Shown here: in pieces, positions 1-6,375 of the stretch
How the letters are laid out: each line of letters starts with the position of its first letter
Numbering within the stretch: the stretch's first letter is position 1
Origin: a virus
Taxonomy: Duplodnaviria > Caudoviricetes
Virus record (IMG/VR): IMGVR_UViG_3300012953_000113
Span: 1 to 32,030 of that record
Strand: one strand, 5' to 3'
Length of the DNA: 32,030 nucleotides
Translations under genes and position numbers: made by a program
Notes under the pieces: generated by a model
Told to the model about the DNA's origin: nothing
Database searches by the model: none
What the model saw: the letters and a program-made list of their open reading frames with translations, nothing else

Positions 1-2
1 AG

Positions 3-779
3 GCAACATCCGTTCGGGAAGTCGAGACTGTGCTGTTTCACAAGTCTGGGGAGTGGTTGAAGTCTCGCTACCCTATTGTTTCTATGGATAACAAGAGCCT
101 GAGCGGGCCGCAGAAGCTCGGGGGTGCGGTAACATTCGCTCGGCGTTACGGGCTGCTCGCTGCCCTTATGCTGGCATCTGAGGACATGGACGCTGAAGAG
201 CGCGACATGGGCAAGAAGAACCAGAGAAACGCCCGTCCGCAAAGGGATAGGGGTCCAGCGCGTAAGGCTGCCCCACCCAAGGCTGCTCCGCCTAAGGTTG
301 CGAAGCCATCGGCAACTGAGCGCATGTTCTCAGACTACGGTCTCACCGTTGATGAGCTTGATGCGTGGCTCAAGTACCGACATCTGGACACATGGGAGAA
401 CACAAGCGAAAAGGAGAGGGGTAAGATCCATAACGACATCAGCACTGGGCTTTTAAGTCTTAATGAAGTCAAGGACCCTCGACCAATAGCCACCAAGGTC
501 TCCGAGGCTGTAGTCAAAAGAAAGGCGTTAAGGAAGGACAAGAAGCACAAACCGAAACACAGTAAGGACTTCGATTCAGCCAAGTTCGCCGTGTCTTTGC
601 GTGATTGTGGGTACAAGATTGAGGAAATCTCCGCCTTTTGTGAAATCGTTGGGTACGGTCGGCCATCAACATGGACGGAGAAGAACCGAGAACGGTTCAT
701 CGCTAACCTTGAAGCTGGAAAGCTGAAGCACAACCCCCCACCTGTATGCAAGATAACTGTCTCTGAAGGGTCGGTATGA
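3..779 (+). CDS. erf: ERF-family ssDNA-annealing protein (5'-truncated), with a KAAPP linker and a duplicated C-terminal helical domain
   Basis: Frame is open from nt 3 (ATSVREVETVLFHKSGEWL). Contains the ERF-type H-x-SGEW motif and GGAVTFARRYGLLAALMLASEDMD, matching the ERF G-x-x-x-T-Y/F-x-R-R-Y signature. The true start lies upstream of the window. Confidence 0.85.
   Translation, partial: ATSVREVETVLFHKSGEWLKSRYPIVSMDNKSLSGPQKLGGAVTFARRYGLLAALMLASEDMDAEERDMGKKNQRNARPQRDRGPARKAAPPKAAPPKVAKPSATERMFSDYGLTVDELDAWLKYRHLDTWENTSEKERGKIHNDISTGLLSLNEVKDPRPIATKVSEAVVKRKALRKDKKHKPKHSKDFDSAKFAVSLRDCGYKIEEISAFCEIVGYGRPSTWTEKNRERFIANLEAGKLKHNPPPVCKITVSEGSV
264..308 (+). repeat. Degenerate 15-nt tandem repeat x3 encoding KAAPP-KAAPP-KVAKP
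   Basis: AAGGCTGCCCCACCC / AAGGCTGCTCCGCCT / AAGGTTGCGAAGCCA. Confidence 0.7.
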
Positions 780-808
780 TAACCGCCCTCCAATCAATCA
801 ACCTTTTT

Positions 809-949
809 GATCCCCCCGGCATCTCATTCACTCGCCCTCCCCGGCGAGGGTTAGCAAGGATAAATGTTCTTCGCGGAGAAATAACCTTATTCGGGTTCAG
901 CACGGCATGCCGGGATGCTTTGGTCGTTTTGACCTTTGCCGGGGGGATC
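809..949 (+). ncRNA. Putative structured non-coding element A, multi-branched with a perfect 13-bp closing stem
   Basis: GATCCCCCCGGCA (809-821) is the exact reverse complement of TGCCGGGGGGATC (937-949). Internal hairpins: CTCGCC/GGCGAG, GGTTA/TAACC, AGCA/TGCT, GGTC/GACC. Followed by TTCTTT. Confidence 0.55.
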
Positions 950-972
950 TTCTTTACCCTATTGAGGTGAAC

Positions 973-1368
973 ATGGCTCTACCAGAAAGTTTCAAGGTAT
1001 CCCCAAGGCTCAGCAATGTCGTCTGCAATATGGCGTTCCGCTTCAACGATCACCAATGGACGGATAAGGCCGACCATTTATTCTTATCTAATGAGACTGA
1101 GATATTCTTTCGGGAGTTCTTCTGTGAACGGGAAGACGTTAAGCCTGACTCCTTTAAGACAGAAGACGACTTCTTGAAATGGATAGTGCGGGACTTCCCG
1201 AAGAATCAGTGGGTATACATGGCCGCAGCCTTTCGTTTGGCGAGGCCGGTAGAGTCCAAGAAGATGGATGAGATCTTTCTACGCTCAAATGAAAGGCACA
1301 CCGAATGGAAGATAAACCGAGCCAAGCTGACCCCGGTTTATGTTTCCAATCGGTACAACTCAGACTAA
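973..1368 (+). CDS. Hypothetical protein (131 aa)
   Basis: GAGGTG SD before ATG 973; TAATG coupling to the next gene. Confidence 0.75.
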   Translation: MALPESFKVSPRLSNVVCNMAFRFNDHQWTDKADHLFLSNETEIFFREFFCEREDVKPDSFKTEDDFLKWIVRDFPKNQWVYMAAAFRLARPVESKKMDEIFLRSNERHTEWKINRAKLTPVYVSNRYNSD

Positions 1369-1676
1369 TGGCTGATGAGTTCGACCCCATTATTGCCAAG
1401 ACCGTAATCATACCCATTGGGGAAGATGAGGATTTTGAAGACGAGAGTTGGTATGCCTTCGATTTTGAGGTCAGCACCATCCTTGTTAATCTTGGTAAGG
1501 ATGTGGATAACAATCTTGTTTGTGTTACCTCAAACAATATCAAAGAGTCAGATTACTGCCTCTTATTTCCAACAACAACAATCGGCATGGCTCGCCTGCT
1601 CGCAAAGCTCATCAACATCGTGTACTCGACGGTGAGCACTGAAGAGTGGACTGCCTTGCTCGCAGATCTTGAATAA
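1368..1676 (+). CDS. Hypothetical acidic protein (102 aa)
   Basis: ATG overlaps the upstream TAA (TAATG); ends just before the SSB SD. Confidence 0.7.
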   Translation: MADEFDPIIAKTVIIPIGEDEDFEDESWYAFDFEVSTILVNLGKDVDNNLVCVTSNNIKESDYCLLFPTTTIGMARLLAKLINIVYSTVSTEEWTALLADLE

Positions 1677-1690
1677 AAAGGAGACTGCAT

Positions 1691-2098
1691 ATGACAGTAA
1701 ACAAAGCAATCATCGTAGGGAACCTTGGAAGCGACCCAGAACTCAGAGAGACCCGCTCCGGCGCGGCTGTTTGCAATCTGCGTATCGCCACAAATGAACG
1801 GCGAAGAGACCCTGAGGGAGAGTGGGGCAACCACACTGAATGGCATTCAGTTGTTGCGTTCGGCAACACCGCTGAAGCCATCGGTAAATACCTCAGCAAA
1901 GGTAAGCAAGTCTACATTGAGGGCCGCCTCCAGACCCGTAAGTGGACTGATAAAGAGGGGGCGGAACGATACAAGACCGAGATTGTTGCGGAGCAGGTTA
2001 AGTTTCTAAACAATCCAAGAGACGAAGCCTCTCCATCACAACGCGCCCCGAAGGCCAATAACCAGGGGTTCGGTTACGACGACGGCATACCTTTCTAA
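1691..2098 (+). CDS. ssb: Single-stranded DNA-binding protein
   Basis: [39 protein letters not shown], acidic C-terminal DDGIPF; AAGGAG SD. Confidence 0.98.
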   Translation: MTVNKAIIVGNLGSDPELRETRSGAAVCNLRIATNERRRDPEGEWGNHTEWHSVVAFGNTAEAIGKYLSKGKQVYIEGRLQTRKWTDKEGAERYKTEIVAEQVKFLNNPRDEASPSQRAPKANNQGFGYDDGIPF

Positions 2099-2112
2099 GG
2101 AGTCCCCCTTTA

Positions 2113-2139
2113 CATGTGTCACCCTTGTGGTTACACATG
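2113..2139. promoter_or_regulatory. Inverted repeat (10-bp arms, 7-bp spacer): candidate attP core or operator
   Basis: CATGTGTCAC-CCTTGTG-GTTACACATG, arms 9/10 complementary, immediately upstream of the integrase SD. Confidence 0.5.
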
Positions 2140-2153
2140 GATAGGAGGTTCTC

Positions 2154-3365
2154 TTGAGTAAACAAAAACCGTTCAAGGTAGGTAAGCTAACTGTTCGATG
2201 CATGGCTGGCCCAAAGGGAAACCTTTGGCGCTGGCGCGTCGAGTGGTATCCGCCCGGTAGTTCTGGTTCTCCATCTACCCGAAGCATAGGGTGGCTCAGC
2301 AGTGAGGATGCGATGCTGGAGGCCAGCCGTATGATAATCACTGGCGTTCATCGCGCTAAGCCGGTGAAGGGCCAACCAATCACCGTAAGCGATCTGCTTG
2401 ACTGTTGGATGGAGTACCAGCAAAAACGACCCAGGAGCCAGTGCGCTTCTGGGTCTGTTGCTACCAGAGGCCAGTCAGCCAAAAGGATTAAGCGGTCAGA
2501 GTTGGGACCGATGCCGGTTACCGCTCTCACTGATGTCTGCCTTGTGGATAACTTTGTGGATAACTGTATGCTCAAGGGCCTGTCTCCCAACACCATCAGT
2601 TATGATTACGGTATTATAAAGCAGGCTATAGCTTGGGCCTACCCCAGGAAGAAGATACGGTTTAGTGTTGTGGATTTCCCTAAGGTTAAGTTGCCAACAA
2701 GGCCTTCTCCAGGGAACTCGTCCGCGTACACGTACAGTCATCGAACACCAACAAATGAAGAGTGTGAGTTGGTGTACCAGAGCATTGGTTCCCAATCATC
2801 TGTTGAGCGTGACTGTGTCCGCCGAAACGACATCCAGTTGGCGTTCTTGACTGCCTGGTCTACCGGCGCGAGGATTTCAGCGGTGATGGATCTGAGGTGG
2901 CAAAACATTGATCTTGATGGCGGTTGGGTGGAGTTCACCAAGACGAAGACCAGGAAAACAAGAAAGGTGAGCCTATCCGACAGGCTCTGCAAATCGTTAA
3001 TGGAGTTCCGTTCTCCCCAAACAGGTGGATGTGACAGGGTGTTTAATGTCGGCAACTACCCTGACCATGTTGATGGCCACCCAGGTCGTCGCCAGGCGGT
3101 CTCTCGCCAGGTCCGCAAGGCCTGCAAGGACCTCGGCATCAAACCGTTCTCCCCGCACGGCCTGCGCCGCTTAGCGGCGGATACAATGGCTCGGTCTGGG
3201 GTAGATGTTGCCACCGCTGCTCAAATCCTTGGGCACTCTGTTGAGATGATGCTTAAGATTTATCGGACGGTTAATGAGGCAGAGATTGAATCCGCGATGC
3301 GTAAGGCCCAGCTTGGGGTGTCCCCTGGATACCAGCAAAGCCTTGAGCTTGAACTTGTTGGTTAA
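2154..3365 (+). CDS. int: Tyrosine recombinase / phage integrase
   Basis: Catalytic motifs TGARISAV (R), TKTK (K), HGLRR (H-x-x-R), ILGHS (H), KIY (Y); N-terminal beta-rich arm-binding-like segment; AGGAGGT SD with TTG start. Confidence 0.95.
   Translation: MSKQKPFKVGKLTVRCMAGPKGNLWRWRVEWYPPGSSGSPSTRSIGWLSSEDAMLEASRMIITGVHRAKPVKGQPITVSDLLDCWMEYQQKRPRSQCASGSVATRGQSAKRIKRSELGPMPVTALTDVCLVDNFVDNCMLKGLSPNTISYDYGIIKQAIAWAYPRKKIRFSVVDFPKVKLPTRPSPGNSSAYTYSHRTPTNEECELVYQSIGSQSSVERDCVRRNDIQLAFLTAWSTGARISAVMDLRWQNIDLDGGWVEFTKTKTRKTRKVSLSDRLCKSLMEFRSPQTGGCDRVFNVGNYPDHVDGHPGRRQAVSRQVRKACKDLGIKPFSPHGLRRLAADTMARSGVDVATAAQILGHSVEMMLKIYRTVNEAEIESAMRKAQLGVSPGYQQSLELELVG
2542..2565. repeat. 12-bp perfect tandem repeat, each copy containing a consensus DnaA box
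   Basis: TTGTGGATAACT x2; TGTGGATAA is the reverse complement of TTATCCACA. Confidence 0.6.
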
Positions 3366-3399
3366 TCTTCTGGCCTGCGGATACGGATAGTGCTATTGT

Positions 3400-3512
3400 G
3401 GAGAACACGGCGGCTGGGTTTTTGCGCTTTGCAAATACTGCGGTCGAACCCACCTGCCACAACAGGTGGGAGCAGGCAAGGCCACTCCGTTGGCCCACCG
3501 CCGTGTTACTCC
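3400..3512. ncRNA. Putative cloverleaf-like structured element B between two convergent genes
   Basis: Closing stem GGAG-AACACGGCGG / CCGCCGTGTT-A-CTCC; arms TTTGC/GCAAA, CTGC..CCCACCTG/CAGGTGGG.GCAG and GGCCA/TGGCC. Confidence 0.6.
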
Positions 3513-4513
3513 TCCCATTCTTCTTCATACATTTTGTGTCTTGCTTGCTCTTCACTTTCAACGGTGAACGAAGAGCACCTTGATGCATCAGTTCTCCACT
3601 CTGGGGCTTCTGCACCGTAGTTGACACCGCACCCAGCTATGCTCTCTATGGGTAACTCGCGTGCAGAAGCCACTCCCATCGTTCTTAAGAACTGGTTGTA
3701 GAACATGGAATCCAGTGGACCAAGAAGGTTCCAGTCGCACAGGAAGCTCTCCGCGTGCCATGTTGGGCACAGGCGAGAAAGCTGCCAGCATGCGTTATGA
3801 TACAGAGCCATTGAGCTTTCGGAGTTGAATAGGGGTATCCTATACTCAAGCCACGCCCCGAGCTTGATTAGCTCGCTTGCCCGCTCAGCAGGTAGAGCAA
3901 GAACCAACGCCGTCATTAGGGCGTGCATTAAGGTTGGTTCTCTCGGCCTAAGGAGGTCGGCGGCAACCCAGTCTCCACTCACACCCTTAGCGTATGCTGT
4001 TGGAGTCCGCTTTCTCCCATACGTCGCCGCCTTGATGCACCTCTCATTCACAAGGGCAGCAACAAGGGCATGGTAACGCCTTTTAGCCTCGTTCATTATG
4101 ATGAGTTCTTTCTTTGGTGTCAGCGCATCCGCCACCAACCTGGCTATTCCGTCTGCCCAAATCTTCTGTTGTGGTGGCTTTAGTCCGCCTGGTGGTGGTA
4201 TTCTGTTACCATCATCCAGCGAGGCCCCATCAAGTTTCCATATTTCATTATACCTGGACAGGAATATCCACGGCTTCCAAGCCACAACCCCAAGGTGGTG
4301 CGGAACCATGCCTATGGTGACGACCCCGGCATAGCATATGCGAAGTTTCTTAACCATCTTGCTGTTGGGGTGGGCGTGCCAGAACGACCCCATGGTTCGA
4401 CCGAGCTTCCGGTCCCCGTTCTTCCACTTGGCGCTGAGCTTACAGTCCCCGCTCTTCGGGTTTTTGCCGACGCCTTTACTTCCCCACGTATGGAGAGGCT
4501 TTTTTGATTTCAT
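3506..4513 (-). CDS. Hypothetical protein (335 aa) with a basic N-terminal half and a helical C-terminal half
   Basis: Longest ORF in the interval; GAGGA SD 6 nt before the ATG on the minus strand; no family recognised. Confidence 0.75.
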   Translation of the reverse strand: MKSKKPLHTWGSKGVGKNPKSGDCKLSAKWKNGDRKLGRTMGSFWHAHPNSKMVKKLRICYAGVVTIGMVPHHLGVVAWKPWIFLSRYNEIWKLDGASLDDGNRIPPPGGLKPPQQKIWADGIARLVADALTPKKELIIMNEAKRRYHALVAALVNERCIKAATYGRKRTPTAYAKGVSGDWVAADLLRPREPTLMHALMTALVLALPAERASELIKLGAWLEYRIPLFNSESSMALYHNACWQLSRLCPTWHAESFLCDWNLLGPLDSMFYNQFLRTMGVASARELPIESIAGCGVNYGAEAPEWRTDASRCSSFTVESEEQARHKMYEEEWEE

Positions 4514-4537
4514 GCAGAATCCTCAAAGTGAGTTACG

Positions 4538-4870
4538 TTGGTGCCATCAGTCAACCCGAATGAGTTTTGGTTCAGAGTTAGGTGGATTTTACACCTACGA
4601 TCTCTCGATCTTGACTGGTTAGCGCAAGCCCTTGGTCGCCGTCGCTGCTTTATTGTCGCTCGTTCCGAGAAAAATAAAGCAACCAGGATGGAGCAAGAAG
4701 AGATTCTCCGCGCACTTGAGCTTAGCTCAGCGGACATAGCCCTCCCGTTGGAGGCGTTTGCTGCAAAATTTATTCGGGAGAACAATGGAACAGAAGAAGA
4801 ACAGGGAGAGGTACGAGGCCGCAGGGAAGCGCGCCTTGATGCTTTTGACCCGATGTCGCCGCTTATTTAA
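4538..4870 (+). CDS. Putative XRE/Cro-like HTH protein
   Basis: FWFRVRWILHLRSLDLDWLAQALGRRR...EEILRALELSSADI follows the XRE helical pattern (LA-x-x-LG ... I-x-x-AL). SD is weak and the start is uncertain (TTG 4538 or GTG 4541). Confidence 0.5.
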   Translation: MVPSVNPNEFWFRVRWILHLRSLDLDWLAQALGRRRCFIVARSEKNKATRMEQEEILRALELSSADIALPLEAFAAKFIRENNGTEEEQGEVRGRREARLDAFDPMSPLI

Positions 4871-5186
4871 GGGGGATGGTCTGTACATTCCAGCCAAGGT
4901 TGTTGATGAGTCCGTCGAGGGAACCAAGATGGTTGTCGGTTGGTTTCCTGGCCAAGGCTTCTGTTGCGATATAGGCGACGGAGATCTTGTTGTTGCTAAC
5001 AACCCCCTCGACGCACCACGGCTGGCGGCTGTTCTTTCAGCCATGCCTAAACTGTACAGCGAAGCCAAGAGGCTTAGAAACCTACACTCTGAACTTCTGG
5101 AGAACGGCTCGTCTGAGGCTGAGACTTTTCTTGAGGAGGCAACCTCACAGAGGCTGCCTCCAAAGGAGCCACCCAAATGGCCTTAG
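4785..5186 (+). CDS. Hypothetical protein (133 aa)
   Basis: GGGAG SD before ATG 4785; protein-like composition. Confidence 0.65.
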   Translation: MEQKKNRERYEAAGKRALMLLTRCRRLFKGDGLYIPAKVVDESVEGTKMVVGWFPGQGFCCDIGDGDLVVANNPLDAPRLAAVLSAMPKLYSEAKRLRNLHSELLENGSSEAETFLEEATSQRLPPKEPPKWP

Positions 5187-5563
5187 ATGCTGGTCAGCTT
5201 TTCATCAGAAGCAAGCAAGTCAGCCGGGTAGGTGATGTGATCAATGGACCTGAACGTGTGAGCCAAGCCGCTATCATCAACAATGGTGAGGGGAAGGGCT
5301 TGGAGGTTCCGTTTTTGTACGGCTCTAATCACTTGCCTGGCTCTCGATCTTTGAATCATCATGCTCACCTGGACGCCGCCTTGGCTGAGGGTCAGTTCAA
5401 ACGATTCAGTGTTCAACGCTTTTGGTTTCTGGAGAGCAACTGGTGGGGCTGCTTTCTTTGGTTTTGCTGCTTCAGCCACACCCTCCTGGGTGGGTATGGT
5501 GAGAGATTTCGTAGAGCTTTTCTTCAGGCTCTTAGAAGAGTTTCGTGTCGAGGAACGGGCCAT
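5183..5563 (-). CDS. Hypothetical basic protein (126 aa), an isolated antisense gene
   Basis: AGGAG SD 8 nt upstream on the minus strand; S/K-rich N-terminus followed by a compact beta-alpha-beta-like segment; the opposite-strand ORFs look like shadows (W/C/F-rich). Confidence 0.65.
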   Translation of the reverse strand: MARSSTRNSSKSLKKSSTKSLTIPTQEGVAEAAKPKKAAPPVALQKPKALNTESFELTLSQGGVQVSMMIQRSRARQVIRAVQKRNLQALPLTIVDDSGLAHTFRSIDHITYPADLLASDEKLTSI

Positions 5564-6095
5564 GAGTAGGACTCCTAAAAAAAGGCGGGTACACCTTAGA
5601 GTTTCGCAAGGAATGTATGATAGTTTACTGAGCGGAGAAGGCTCGGTCCAGGATCAAATCAGAGAAGCTATTAACTCCTTTTTGTCAAAGCGCGAACGTA
5701 GCGGGTATCGGGAAGTTGTACTTTCTCCACGCGGAACAGTGAATGTGGACCAGATGCTTGAATGGTTGGCTGCCCGCGCACCGCTTCTGCGAGACCTGCA
5801 AGGCAACAACGGAAAGATACATCGGTCCATTCATCGACCAATGAGGCGCTGCCTATCAGATGTCCAGCTTCGACGGATGACTCGTTGGGTTGAGGGCGAC
5901 AATATCAGTGTGATTGGTCGAAGCGAGGGTGTGAGTAAACAGGCCATCCACGCCTCAATCCAACGATCAATAAGAACATTGGGTGAAGACCAAGGGTTTG
6001 TCTTTGGTTTGTGTGAGCTTTTCCCAGACTCAGGGCTGACGCCAGAAGCATTAATGACGGCCTTACAGGAGAATAGAAATGTCGGAAAAGAATGA
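5562..6095 (+). CDS. Putative transcriptional regulator with an N-terminal ribbon-helix-helix and a C-terminal sigma-70 region-4-like HTH
   Basis: KRRVHLRVSQGMYDSLL...SVQDQIREAINSFL (RHH pattern); LSDVQLRRMTRWVEGDNISVIGRSEGVSKQAIHASIQRSIRTL (region-4 HTH pattern); GAGGA SD. Confidence 0.7.
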   Translation: MSRTPKKRRVHLRVSQGMYDSLLSGEGSVQDQIREAINSFLSKRERSGYREVVLSPRGTVNVDQMLEWLAARAPLLRDLQGNNGKIHRSIHRPMRRCLSDVQLRRMTRWVEGDNISVIGRSEGVSKQAIHASIQRSIRTLGEDQGFVFGLCELFPDSGLTPEALMTALQENRNVGKE

Positions 6096-6375
6096 ACCAC
6101 CAGTGAAGCAGCCACTCGATGAGAGGTATTCGCTTAGGACATACGACGGGCTTCTTATGGCGACCGAAGATCTTTTCAACAGGTACTTGGTTCCGTCATC
6201 CAGCCCCGTTACCCTTGAGGAGATCAAGGGCGCATCGACTCTATTAAGGGAGGCCCGAGGGATCTTGGACTCCAGACGCCGAGCCAACCCTAAGACTGAA
6301 TCAGCAGAAGAGTCTTCTGCTGCCCTTGAGCTTACAGCAAGTGGTCCGTTCAAGATGTTCCAAGGCGGAAAATAG
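6079..6375 (+). CDS. Hypothetical protein, possible terminase small subunit
   Basis: Small helical protein coupled (TAGTG) to the large terminase; AGGAG SD; function inferred from position only. Confidence 0.5.
   Translation: MSEKNEPPVKQPLDERYSLRTYDGLLMATEDLFNRYLVPSSSPVTLEEIKGASTLLREARGILDSRRRANPKTESAEESSAALELTASGPFKMFQGGK

Noticed and set aside
776-970. 64-aa ORF with ATGA overlap to erf and a hydrophobic C-terminus
   Set aside because: It coincides with structured element A and its P/R/G-rich sequence mirrors the GC stems. Not excluded as a leader peptide, but not supportable as a gene.
3438-3456. GGTTCGA on the minus strand, suggesting a tRNA or tRNA-derived attP
   Set aside because: No 5-bp T-stem with G53-C61 pairing, no D-loop or anticodon geometry, and no CCA end
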